Shown here in pieces: positions 18,518-26,468 of a stretch of DNA of 32,867 bases. Under the pieces are notes generated by a model that searched no databases, was not told where the DNA came from, and worked only from the letters and a program-made list of their open reading frames with translations. This DNA comes from an uncultured Eubacteriales bacterium (GTDB lineage: Bacteria > Bacillota > Clostridia > UBA1212 > CASDQQ01), in the NCBI GenBank assembly GCA_964392835.1, contig CAYMRI010000003.1:1-32867 (forward strand), written 5' to 3'. Both the position numbers and the translations under genes were made by a program. How positions within the stretch are numbered: position 1 is the first letter of the stretch; every line of letters starts with the position of its first letter.

Positions 18518-18961
18518 TTATTCGCAGTCACAGCAATCGCAATCATCATCTTCGCAATCGCAATCACATTCCCAATCCACTTCGATTTCTTCTTCGCAAT
18601 TCGGGCAAACAAAAGATGTGCATTCGTCATTCAGCATATCAGCAGACAATTCAATGAGGGCACCACATTCCGGACATTCTACTTCTGCAATTACATCATC
18701 ATCTTCGCAGCCGCAACCACAATCGCAGTCATCGTCCTCTTCATAAATAGCCTCTTCCAAATCCGCCAAGTCTTCATCAATTTCATCCAGAAACTCATTC
18801 ATTTCATCTCTGGAATCTTCCAAATCTTCTACGGACAACACCACATCATCCAACAATTCCATCAATGCCAAAATTACTTTTCCTTCTTTGGTATCGTTGC
18901 TGATTTCTAAACCATCACACAAACCTTTTACATAATTATACTTTTCAGATAACAAACCCAT
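18518..18961 (-). CDS. Highly acidic Cys-rich small protein: N-terminal helical domain, a CPECG...CPNC zinc ribbon, and a (CD/CE)n tail
   Basis: 147 aa. The N-terminal half (MGLLSEKYNYVKGLCDGLEISNDTKEGKVILALMELLDDV...) resembles the CD1247-type N-terminal domain seen in Clostridia (recalled from memory, not searched). The C-terminus is EDDDCDCGCGCEDDD...CPECG...CPNC...WECDCDCEDDDCDCCDCE. RBS GGAGGTG lies 6 nt upstream. Confidence 0.7.
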   Translation of the reverse strand: MGLLSEKYNYVKGLCDGLEISNDTKEGKVILALMELLDDVVLSVEDLEDSRDEMNEFLDEIDEDLADLEEAIYEEDDDCDCGCGCEDDDVIAEVECPECGALIELSADMLNDECTSFVCPNCEEEIEVDWECDCDCEDDDCDCCDCE

Positions 18962-19018
18962 ATTGCACCTCCAAATAATTTTTAAAAACTTTTATAGTCT
19001 TTTCCTTTTTCCAAAGGA

Positions 19019-19573
19019 TTATGCTCTTTCCATGTATTCCTCTGTTCTGGTATCAATTCTAATAAGATCACCTTGATTGATGAACAACGGTACTTTTACT
19101 TTTGCACCGGTTTCTACAACAGCCGGCTTGGTTGCACCGGTTGCGGTATCACCCTTAAAGCCCGGTTCTGTTTCGGTTACTTCCAATACTACAAAGGTAG
19201 GCGGTTCAATACCAAATACATTGCCTTTAAAAGAAAGAATCTTAACTTCATCATTTTCCTTTACAAACTTCATTGCATTTTCTACAACAGATGCATTAAT
19301 CGGTTCTTGATCATAAGTTTCTGTATCCATGAAATAATACAAATCTTCGTCCTTATACAAGTATTGCATTACTCTTCTTTCCACACGTGCTTCTGTAATC
19401 TTATCGGTGGGGTTGAAGGATCTTTCTACTGTTGCTCCTGTAATTACATTCTTAATCTTTGTTCTTACGAAAGCCGCACCTTTACCGGGCTTTACGTGTT
19501 GGAATTCTACAATTACCCAAACACTGTTATCCATTTCAAATGTTACGCCGTTTCTAAAATCACCAGCTACCAT
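19019..19573 (-). CDS. efp: Elongation factor P
   Basis: EF-P is recognisable along its full length. The start is trimmed to MVAGDFRNG (ATG 19573) with RBS GGAGG 9 nt upstream. Confidence 0.9.
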   Translation of the reverse strand: MVAGDFRNGVTFEMDNSVWVIVEFQHVKPGKGAAFVRTKIKNVITGATVERSFNPTDKITEARVERRVMQYLYKDEDLYYFMDTETYDQEPINASVVENAMKFVKENDEVKILSFKGNVFGIEPPTFVVLEVTETEPGFKGDTATGATKPAVVETGAKVKVPLFINQGDLIRIDTRTEEYMERA

Positions 19574-19632
19574 AATTAAAAACCTCCAAGTATTTTTCAT
19601 TTTATCGCATTCGTATATACAATATTAGTTCT

Positions 19633-19661
19633 ATTGTACACGAATATCAGCACTATTTCAA
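19633..19661 (-). promoter_or_regulatory. SigmaA promoter for efp (-35 TTGAAA, 17 nt, -10 TACAAT)
   Basis: On the minus strand, TTGAAA sits at 19661..19656 and TACAAT at 19638..19633. The predicted transcription start is about 50 nt upstream of the efp ATG. Confidence 0.55.
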
Positions 19662-19730
19662 GTTTTTCCTAAAAAATTTTCTTGGGGTTGCCAGCGCTTT
19701 CTTAACTTCAAATTGATATTTTTCAGGGAA

Positions 19731-19786
19731 TTTGTAGTTAAAAAACTTTGTCAAAGAATCAACGTAGGGAGCTTTTAACTACAAAA
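19731..19786. repeat. Inverted-repeat unit TTTGTAGTTAA-N33-TTAACTACAAAA (same arms as 6931-6996)
   Basis: Arms at 19731-19741 and 19775-19786. The spacer is unrelated to the other copies. Confidence 0.7.
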
Positions 19787-19815
19787 CAGCATTTTCATAA
19801 CAAAATGTAATTAAA

Positions 19816-19827
19816 GTTAACTACGAA
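19816..19827. repeat. Degenerate solo half-site GTTAACTACGAA
   Basis: Matches the arm motif at 11 of 12 positions. It lies between the two complete units. Confidence 0.4.
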
Positions 19828-19845
19828 TTGGTGTTTTTTTAACTG

Positions 19846-19902
19846 TTTGTAGTTAATTTGATTGTTGCATGTGCATCATGGGAAAAGAATTAACTACAAA
19901 AA
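19846..19902. repeat. Inverted-repeat unit TTTGTAGTTAA-N33-TTAACTACAAAAA (third copy)
   Basis: Arms at 19846-19856 and 19890-19902. The spacer is again unique. Confidence 0.7.
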
Positions 19903-19963
19903 GGCATTTTTGAAGAAAATGCAGTTAAAAATTGGGGCCTCCCATTTGAAATTCCAACTAACG

Positions 19964-19996
19964 AAAACCGGAAGGTTTTTACCCCTTCCGGTTTTT
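19964..19996. terminator. Bidirectional intrinsic terminator downstream of floT
   Basis: Stem CCGGAAGG / CCTTCCGG (19968-19975 and 19984-19991), flanked by A4 on the left and T5 on the right. Confidence 0.6.
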
Positions 19997-20012
19997 GCTT
20001 GTCAGAAACTGC

Positions 20013-21437
20013 TTATTCTGTTTTTTCTTCTGCTTCAACAGCCTTTTCCTGTTCAATTTCTTTTCCCAGGAAGGAGGGCAATTCCATACCTGCATTTTTG
20101 AACATTTCATTCATCGGCGGAATAGACTTCATCATGCTGGACAGGAAATTGGAGGTGGTAGAGCCTTCCCCGTTGTTAGCACCGCTGTCCCAAACGGTAA
20201 TCTTATCAATCTTCAGATTCTTCACAGCTTCTACCTGAATCTTAATCAGCTCTTCCATCTTATCGGCCAACATTAACCGCATTGCATCGGATGCATCTCC
20301 ACCGGCAGCTTTTACCACTTCTGCAAAACCTTCTGCCTGCTTGGTTAAGATTTCTTGCATACCACGAGCTTCCGCCTGCATCTTGGCATAAATCGCATCC
20401 GCTTCACCACGGGCTTTTCTACGAATCATTTCCGCTTCTGCTTCTGCTTCTAATTCCAATTTCTTTTTGGCAATTTCAGCCTGTACAATGATGTCGGCTT
20501 CCAAGGTTGCCTGTTCTCTGGCAGCACGGGCTTTTTCCGCCTCTTGTTCTGCGGAATAAGCTTCTGTCAAAGCGTTTGCCGCTTGGATTTTTTCTGCAGC
20601 AGTTGCCCGGCGAAGAGCTTCTGCTTCTCTTTCACGACGGGTTGCATCGGAAGCTGCAATTTCTGCCTTTGCTTCGTTTTCACCCTGGATCGCAACAGAG
20701 TTTGCAGATGCCACTTCAATTCTCTGGTCACGGAGCGCATGCGCTTCACCGATAGAACCATCTCTTTCCTTTTCAGCCACAGATTTCTTTGCATCGTTGA
20801 TTGCCTTTGCAGCCGCTTCTTTACCCAATGCTTCAATGTAACCGGATTCATCGTTAATGTCCGTTACATTCACGTTAATCAAACGCAAACCGATTTTCTT
20901 CAATTCCGTTTCCACATTATGGGAAATCGCATCCAGGAACTTATCTCTGTCCATGTTGATTTCTTCAATGTTCATGGTTGCAACAACCAAACGCAACTGA
21001 CCGAAAATAATATCTTTTGCCAATTCCTGTACTTCTGCAGGACGCAATCCCAACAGACGTTCTGCCGCATTTTGCATAATGGTAGGTTCTGTAGAAATAC
21101 CAACGGTAAATCTGGACGGAACATCAATACGAATGTTCTGACGAGACAATGCGTTTTTCAAATCCACACTAATGGAGATGGGCGTCAAATCCATATATTC
21201 ATAAGCTTGAAAAACAGGAATTACCAACGCTGCGCCACCATGAATACATTTTGCAGACCGACTGGTACCATCCTTATTAGATCCCACTTTACCATAAATA
21301 ACCATAATTTTGTCAGAAGGACATTTCTTGTAACGGGATAATACCAACAAAAGCAAGCTGAAAATCACAACCGCTATCACGCCTACCAAAATAGGAACAT
21401 TCCCTCCTGCGTTTAACAATAAAAATACATTTTGCAT
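20013..21437 (-). CDS. floT: Flotillin-like protein FloT (SPFH/band-7 domain plus an EA-rich coiled-coil region)
   Basis: N-terminal TM helix, an SPFH domain, and a long Ala/Glu-rich coiled-coil (...EAEALRRATAAEKIQAANALTEAYSAEQEAEKARAARE...) typical of flotillins. ATG 21437 is used; the GTG 3 nt upstream is the ORF-track start. Confidence 0.9.
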   Translation of the reverse strand: MQNVFLLLNAGGNVPILVGVIAVVIFSLLLLVLSRYKKCPSDKIMVIYGKVGSNKDGTSRSAKCIHGGAALVIPVFQAYEYMDLTPISISVDLKNALSRQNIRIDVPSRFTVGISTEPTIMQNAAERLLGLRPAEVQELAKDIIFGQLRLVVATMNIEEINMDRDKFLDAISHNVETELKKIGLRLINVNVTDINDESGYIEALGKEAAAKAINDAKKSVAEKERDGSIGEAHALRDQRIEVASANSVAIQGENEAKAEIAASDATRREREAEALRRATAAEKIQAANALTEAYSAEQEAEKARAAREQATLEADIIVQAEIAKKKLELEAEAEAEMIRRKARGEADAIYAKMQAEARGMQEILTKQAEGFAEVVKAAGGDASDAMRLMLADKMEELIKIQVEAVKNLKIDKITVWDSGANNGEGSTTSNFLSSMMKSIPPMNEMFKNAGMELPSFLGKEIEQEKAVEAEEKTE

Positions 21438-21471
21438 CACTACATTTCTCCTTTTTTGTTTATTATATTTT

Positions 21472-22044
21472 TTAAATTTTATCTATTTCTTTCATACGGA
21501 CAATTTCCATCCGTATCACCCGCATCCCAATCGGCTTTAATCCATCTTCCACATTGGGTACTGCCATTTCCAAAAACTGATATTTATCTGCCGGCATTTC
21601 TTCTGCATCGGCTATCATCTGTTGCAATTGCCCCCGTGCAATATCCTTTACTAAAGATTCTACTACAGACTGCTTTATCCCAATCAAATGTTGTGCTGCC
21701 TGATTTAACAAATCCGGTTCCGTGGAAATGCCTGCTGTAACTTCAACTTTTAGTCCAGCTTCTTCCACTTCCACCTGAATGGATACCGGCTCCAAATCCA
21801 AATAAGCATAGGATTGCAAAATCGGAATCACCACAGTTGCACCGCCATTTATGCATTTAAATGTAATCGGGTTTCCATCCGCATCCGTCCCCAAGTATCC
21901 GTAAATTACCATAACCTTGCCGGGCGGGCACTTTTTGTAACTAATGGTAACCCACACCACACAGCCAATCAGTAAGATAACGATTGCACCAACAAAAAAC
22001 GGCAACGAAGCATTTGCCTGCAATTCAATTACTGATTCTTTCAT
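21472..22044 (-). CDS. Short SPFH-domain protein, a paralog of the FloT N-terminal domain that lacks the coiled-coil region
   Basis: 190 aa; it aligns with the FloT N-terminus (YKKCPxxKxMVIYG...KCIxGGAxxVIP...GISTEP...GQL). RBS GGAGA lies 9 nt upstream. Confidence 0.8.
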   Translation of the reverse strand: MKESVIELQANASLPFFVGAIVILLIGCVVWVTISYKKCPPGKVMVIYGYLGTDADGNPITFKCINGGATVVIPILQSYAYLDLEPVSIQVEVEEAGLKVEVTAGISTEPDLLNQAAQHLIGIKQSVVESLVKDIARGQLQQMIADAEEMPADKYQFLEMAVPNVEDGLKPIGMRVIRMEIVRMKEIDKI

Positions 22045-22059
22045 CTCTTTCAGTCTCCT

Positions 22060-22722
22060 TTAATCTACATCCAGTGTTTCTACCAGCACTGTCCCACCGT
22101 CAATCACATCTATGATTTTCACGGTACTACCCGTCTTTATCGGGCTATCTTGCTTTGTCTTTGCTTCCAACTCCACGTAGCGATCCTGCAGTTCCATGGT
22201 AATCTTTCCTGTAGAAGTACCGGATGCCGGTATGGTCAGATAGACAGTTGCCTTCTTTCCAATTGCATTTTTCACATCGATATTACCGTTGCTTTGCAGT
22301 TTGTAAATCAATTTGAAAAATAATGCAATCAAAAACGCTGCCAAACAGCCTCCCAGCACAGCCCCCACAATGGACAAAGCGGTATTTACACCGACATCCA
22401 CCAAAACCACGCCAAGCCAACCGCCAACTGCGAAGAAAGCAATAATGCCCCGGACGGTCAGCAATCGCAAGCCATCCACATCACTCAGGTCATCTGCTCC
22501 GGTATCTGTATCCACATCTGTATCTACATCTGCATCCACATCTGCATCCACATCTGCATCTACATCTGTATCCATATCGGAAGCATCTCCATCTGTGCCA
22601 TGGCCCAGGCCAAACAGACTTAGTACTGTCTGCAAAATCAGTATGACTGTGGCCGGAATGGCAGCAATCGCAAAAACCTGTTGTAACCCGGTTAAAGCTT
22701 CCCACCAAGCGCCTATACCCAT
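22060..22722 (-). CDS. NfeD-like membrane protein (YuaF-type; C-terminal OB-fold) with an internal Asp-rich (DVDA/DVDT)n repeat
   Basis: TM helices plus a C-terminal beta-rich domain (...KATVYLTIPASGTSTGKITMELQDRYVELEAKT...) typical of NfeD partners of flotillins. RBS GGGGGA lies upstream. Confidence 0.8.
   Translation of the reverse strand: MGIGAWWEALTGLQQVFAIAAIPATVILILQTVLSLFGLGHGTDGDASDMDTDVDADVDADVDADVDTDVDTDTGADDLSDVDGLRLLTVRGIIAFFAVGGWLGVVLVDVGVNTALSIVGAVLGGCLAAFLIALFFKLIYKLQSNGNIDVKNAIGKKATVYLTIPASGTSTGKITMELQDRYVELEAKTKQDSPIKTGSTVKIIDVIDGGTVLVETLDVD
22506..22577. repeat. Six imperfect 12-bp tandem repeats (ATCTGYATCYAC) inside the NfeD gene, encoding (D-V-D-A/T)n
   Basis: Direct reading of 22506-22577. 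Confidence 0.8.
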
Positions 22723-22741
22723 GTTTCATTCCCCCTTTTCT

Positions 22742-23266
22742 TCATTTTTGTATAATCTCTTGGTATAACCTGTCTGCGCGCCTTTGTAAGTGATTGGCCT
22801 CATAGGATAATGTCATAATGCGCAGGGCATTTTTCAACTTATCCTTTTCTGCCTCTGTTCCCTGGTAATTTTCCAGTTCCTTCCTTATGGTTGCCTGTAT
22901 CACATCGCTGTCCATGCTTCCCTTTTCCGTCAAGGTAGCCGTTACATGGCAAAAATATTGATACAATGCACTATCCAGAATAATATCATCGGCAGTATCC
23001 ACCAAGTTCCCATTCACATATGAAATCAAACTGGCAATCCGCTCCAATTGCATGGTATCCCTTAGGGCATGAATCATAAGTATTCTGGCACATTGCTCTT
23101 TAGAATACCGTTTTCCCACCGGGCGACTGACAAATCCACGCTTTACCCAATTTTGAATGGTAGCCGGTTCAATTTTCGTTATGGTACATAACTGCGACAA
23201 CGCCAAACCATCAGTCATTTCAAAAAAAGGCATCAAGTCCTCCAGCACAGTCCTTTGCTGTTCCAT
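22742..23266 (-). CDS. DUF1836-like protein with an N-terminal MerR-like helix-turn-helix; first gene of the putative flotillin operon
   Basis: HTH-like segment LSQLCTITKIEPATIQNWVKRGFV. The start is trimmed to MEQQRTV (ATG 23266) with RBS GGAGGG 7 nt upstream. The family name is recalled from memory, not searched. Confidence 0.55.
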   Translation of the reverse strand: MEQQRTVLEDLMPFFEMTDGLALSQLCTITKIEPATIQNWVKRGFVSRPVGKRYSKEQCARILMIHALRDTMQLERIASLISYVNGNLVDTADDIILDSALYQYFCHVTATLTEKGSMDSDVIQATIRKELENYQGTEAEKDKLKNALRIMTLSYEANHLQRRADRLYQEIIQK

Positions 23267-23308
23267 TGCCATCCCTCCTTTTTCCAGCATTGCTCGGTTA
23301 TGTTTCTT

Positions 23309-23338
23309 ATCTTATCACATGGTCATTTGACTGTCAAT
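23309..23338 (-). promoter_or_regulatory. Putative sigmaA promoter for the DUF1836-nfeD-SPFH-floT operon (-35 TTGACA, about 18 nt, TGnTAAGAT -10)
   Basis: On the minus strand, TTGACA sits at 23338..23333 and TAAGAT at 23314..23309, preceded by a TG extended -10 element. Confidence 0.4.
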
Positions 23339-23345
23339 AGGGTTC

Positions 23346-23918
23346 TTAAGAATTTTTAAAAAATAATCCAATTACTTCGCCGTGAAATAATAAAAAGGTC
23401 AAGGCATAGAAGCAACAGGCGCCTAACAATGTTACAAACCCCCAGCCAACCTTTCTCCATCCGCCATCAGCATGCAAGATTTTTCCAATCCCAAACAGCA
23501 GCACCACCCCAATCAAAGCACCAAACCCATCAATTACCACGTCTGCCACCAGAGCGCCGCGTCCGGAAAAAATTTGATGTATTTCATCGGTTATAGCATA
23601 AAAAACAGTCCATCCCAGCGCAAATAACCCTGACATCTTCACAGAGAAGCCCCTTTTATAAAAATGCACTGTCCCATAGCTTAAAAGAAATAAAATAGCA
23701 TAGGCTGCCATGTGGGCTGTCTTTCGAACCAAGAGCGTAACAGGATGCAACATCGTTTCTGTCAATTCTACGCCCTTTCCATAAAACAGTTCTGCAAGGA
23801 AAGAAGTCATTCCGGCGCTGGTCTGATTGGAATCCGCAACGCCTTGGGCAGACATGAAAAAAATGAATGCCATCCATCCCAGTGTCAATCCTGCAAATAT
23901 CCAAAAACTTCGCTTCAT
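23346..23918 (-). CDS. VanZ-family membrane protein
   Basis: 190 aa with four to five TM helices and the VanZ signature region (...RKTAHMAAYAILFLL...). RBS GGAGGTG lies upstream. Confidence 0.8.
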   Translation of the reverse strand: MKRSFWIFAGLTLGWMAFIFFMSAQGVADSNQTSAGMTSFLAELFYGKGVELTETMLHPVTLLVRKTAHMAAYAILFLLSYGTVHFYKRGFSVKMSGLFALGWTVFYAITDEIHQIFSGRGALVADVVIDGFGALIGVVLLFGIGKILHADGGWRKVGWGFVTLLGACCFYALTFLLFHGEVIGLFFKNS

Positions 23919-24004
23919 ATTTCACCTCCGATATACCCCTCATTATACATAACTCTATAAAATATTCATACACTAAAAATAAAGTTTTTGACAAAGAGGT
24001 CTTC

Positions 24005-24868
24005 ATGAAACAACTAATTGCTTTTTTCAAAGGTATTTTAATTGGCATTGCCGCTGTTATCCCCGGTCTTTCCGGTAGCATCTTTGCCGTGGTGGTGGGG
24101 CTTTATGACAAAATGGTAGAAGCAGTCAGTACATTATTCCGTCGCACCCATTTTCGGAAAAATGCGGTTTTTCTGCTTCCCATTCTTTTGGGCATCGGCG
24201 TAGGCGTACTGCTTTCTACCAAGGCGGTTTTATGGGTATGCGAAAATTATACCGGTCCTGCCTACGCATTTTTCATTGGTATGGTACTGGGAAGTCTGCC
24301 TTTGATTTTCAAAAAAACATCTCAAATTCCCTTTCAGGTTCAGAACTTGATTCTTCCTTGTATTACCTTTTCGGCATTGGTGGGGATTACGCTATGGATG
24401 GGCGCACCGGAAGAGACTTCCATGGTAGCCATTTCAGCCATCACGTCCTGGAAGGATGCATTGATTGTGGTAGGCGCCGGCATGTTTTCCTGTGCCCTTA
24501 TGGCAATTCCCGGTGTCAGCGGTTCTGTTATGCTTATGGTCATTCATCAATATGGTACGGTTTATCATGCCGTATCCAATTTAACAGAATCTTTCGCAGC
24601 ATGGCCCATTGTCGGGCTATTTGCTTTCGGTGCAATCATTGGTTTTTTAGGAATTGCCAAATTATTGCACTGGTTGCTGGAACACACCTCTGCCCTTACT
24701 TATTACGGAGTAGCCGGGTTAATCGGCGGTGCAGTATTCGCCCTATTCTACCAAGGCATTTTACCGGTATTACAGGGTCTCAGTCCCTTTTATTGCCTAG
24801 GGCAAAGTTTTGTTTATCTGGGGTTCGCTCTCTTGGGATATCTAATCATCCGACGGCAGGAACAATAA
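24005..24868 (+). CDS. DUF368 membrane protein (family linked to polyprenyl-phosphate transport)
   Basis: Two copies of the DUF368 motif (AVIPGLSGS and AIPGVSGS) in a polytopic membrane protein. The start is trimmed to MKQLIAFF (ATG 24005) with RBS AAAGAGG 5 nt upstream. Confidence 0.8.
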   Translation: MKQLIAFFKGILIGIAAVIPGLSGSIFAVVVGLYDKMVEAVSTLFRRTHFRKNAVFLLPILLGIGVGVLLSTKAVLWVCENYTGPAYAFFIGMVLGSLPLIFKKTSQIPFQVQNLILPCITFSALVGITLWMGAPEETSMVAISAITSWKDALIVVGAGMFSCALMAIPGVSGSVMLMVIHQYGTVYHAVSNLTESFAAWPIVGLFAFGAIIGFLGIAKLLHWLLEHTSALTYYGVAGLIGGAVFALFYQGILPVLQGLSPFYCLGQSFVYLGFALLGYLIIRRQEQ

Positions 24869-24895
24869 AAAGGACCGTAGATTTCTCTACGATCC
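24863..24895 (-). terminator. Intrinsic terminator after the downstream GH43 gene
   Basis: Stem GGACCGTAGA / TCTACGATCC (24872-24881 and 24886-24895; one mismatch). On the minus strand it is followed by a U-run (plus-strand AATAAAAA at 24863-24870). Confidence 0.55.
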
Positions 24896-24913
24896 CTAAA
24901 AACAGTCTGAAGT

Positions 24914-26446
24914 TTATTCTGTTACATATGCATATGCTTTAAATTCAAAGATACCATATCTTGGAAGTTCTCTCCACCGGGACGGGTCACTAAGGGTTTT
25001 AGAACCGTAATTTCTGGTCAAACTTTCGCAATCAACCAAAGTGATACGGATATATTTTGCTTTCATAACGCCTTCATCAACACGTGGTGTAGTACGAACT
25101 CTTCCACTGGTTTGGTCAGCATATTCGTTCCAATTTGTACCATCTGTAGAAAAATCTATCTTATAACGATAGTACTTGGAGCCAAACTCAAAATATAATG
25201 CCGTTTTTTGAATTTCATATTCCTGTGCCAGCTCAATTAAAATTTCCTTTTCGCCTTCATCATTGGCAGTTTTAAATATTGAGCTGAAGCTTCCGTCTAC
25301 CAAATTCTCCGGCAGATAAATTCTTTCCTTTTGATCGGAAGTGTATGTAACCGTAGCACCCTCTGCCACATTTTTCAAAGTTGCTTCTTCTGCGGAAGTA
25401 GTCACACCCAACAAAATACCATCATAGGAAGCATTTACTTTTTGAATGGTGCCATCTTCATTAAAAATCATGTCATCTACACATACTTGCCGAAATCCTT
25501 GTCCATTAAACGGAATGCTCTGTCTATGATAAACCATAACATATCTTCCGGGTTCCAATTCAATGGTAGAGTGGTGGCCGGTTCCTACCAAATCTTCATC
25601 TGCAGATTCCAATATGGTCCCATAAATGGTATACGGACCATAAATACTGTCTGCCGTCGCATATCCTACACGATAATCTCTTCCGGTCCAATTTCCTTCA
25701 GAATAGAGTAGATAGTACTTACCATCCTTTTTAAAGATTTCCTGTCCTTCACGATAAGTATAACTCAGTTCTTCAATTTGTTTGGTTTCAATAACTTCCC
25801 TGGGATTTTCCGGATTTAACTTGGTAATGGCGGTAAATAAATCGCCACTGGCCTGATGTTCATACATAAGATAAGTAATATAGAGACTGCCATCGTCATC
25901 CATAAACGGCTGTGGGTCAATGGTTTTGTTGTCCGGGAACAAATCATCGCCATGTACGGTAAACGGTCCTTCTGGAGAGTCACCGGAAGCCACCATAATT
26001 TTGTAGTCGGCCAATGTGAAGAAAAGATAATATTTTTCACCTATTTTTATCATGGATGGTGCCCAGAAATAGTTGTCTGCTCCGTCAAAACTCTTCCCAT
26101 TTTCATTCAGCAGTTCCATTTCCATAACGGACCAATTTACAAAGTCTGTGGACTTCCAAATCATAGGTTTCCCACCATTGCCGTTTAACACATAACCATC
26201 TGTGGTAGAATAGATGTAATAGGTATCATCAAATTTGCAAACAGATGGGTCTGCATGGTAGCCCGGCAAAATAGGGTTCTTTAATTGTGTAATAGTAGTA
26301 ACCGTACCATCCTCATTTTGAATGACCGTTCCGGCAGGCAAAGTTGGCGTCGGAGTGTCCTCTGCTCCGTTGTCACAGGCAGCTGCCATGCTAAGTAACA
26401 AAGTCATTGTCAACAACAAGCAAAACATTCTAATTCCTTTTTTCAT
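24914..26446 (-). CDS. GH43-family glycoside hydrolase lipoprotein with a C-terminal discoidin/CBM32-like domain (paralog A)
   Basis: Lipoprotein signal (LLLSMAAAC) and the GH43 N-terminal motif NPILPGYHADPS, with a five-bladed beta-propeller-type sequence. The C-terminal roughly 150 aa resembles the F5/8 type C domain. RBS GAGGAG lies upstream. Confidence 0.85.
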   Translation of the reverse strand: MKKGIRMFCLLLTMTLLLSMAAACDNGAEDTPTPTLPAGTVIQNEDGTVTTITQLKNPILPGYHADPSVCKFDDTYYIYSTTDGYVLNGNGGKPMIWKSTDFVNWSVMEMELLNENGKSFDGADNYFWAPSMIKIGEKYYLFFTLADYKIMVASGDSPEGPFTVHGDDLFPDNKTIDPQPFMDDDGSLYITYLMYEHQASGDLFTAITKLNPENPREVIETKQIEELSYTYREGQEIFKKDGKYYLLYSEGNWTGRDYRVGYATADSIYGPYTIYGTILESADEDLVGTGHHSTIELEPGRYVMVYHRQSIPFNGQGFRQVCVDDMIFNEDGTIQKVNASYDGILLGVTTSAEEATLKNVAEGATVTYTSDQKERIYLPENLVDGSFSSIFKTANDEGEKEILIELAQEYEIQKTALYFEFGSKYYRYKIDFSTDGTNWNEYADQTSGRVRTTPRVDEGVMKAKYIRITLVDCESLTRNYGSKTLSDPSRWRELPRYGIFEFKAYAYVTE

Positions 26447-26468
26447 AATTTTTATCTCCTCATTTATT

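Noticed and set aside
18498-18746. Plus-strand ORF encoding a Ser/Gln-rich low-complexity peptide (SQSQSSSSQSQSHSQS...)
   Set aside because: It is the antisense frame of the GAT/TGC/GAA-rich codons of the acidic Cys-rich protein on the minus strand. It has no RBS and is a compositional artefact.
19862-20101. 79-aa plus-strand ORF starting inside the repeat-rich intergenic region
   Set aside because: It runs through the bidirectional terminator and into the antisense of floT. It has no RBS.
22506-22577. Possibility that the short tandem repeats are a CRISPR array
   Set aside because: The repeats are 12 bp, contiguous with no spacers, in-frame within a conserved CDS. No cas genes are nearby.
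22313-22768. Plus-strand ORF (STSVSTSASTSASTSAS repeats) and the minus-frame ORF 22490..22729 (RYRCGYRYR repeats) overlapping the NfeD gene
   Set aside because: Both are alternative-frame readings of the 12-bp tandem repeat inside nfeD. The NfeD frame has the RBS, the TM helices and the conserved C-terminal domain.
23656-24081. 141-aa minus-strand ORF overlapping the VanZ start and the DUF368 start
   Set aside because: It covers the divergent promoter/RBS region of two well-supported genes and has low-complexity composition. It is likely spurious.
24869-24913. Hairpin after the DUF368 gene as its own terminator
   Set aside because: The hairpin lacks a U-tract on the plus strand. On the minus strand it is a good terminator for the GH43 gene, so it was assigned there.
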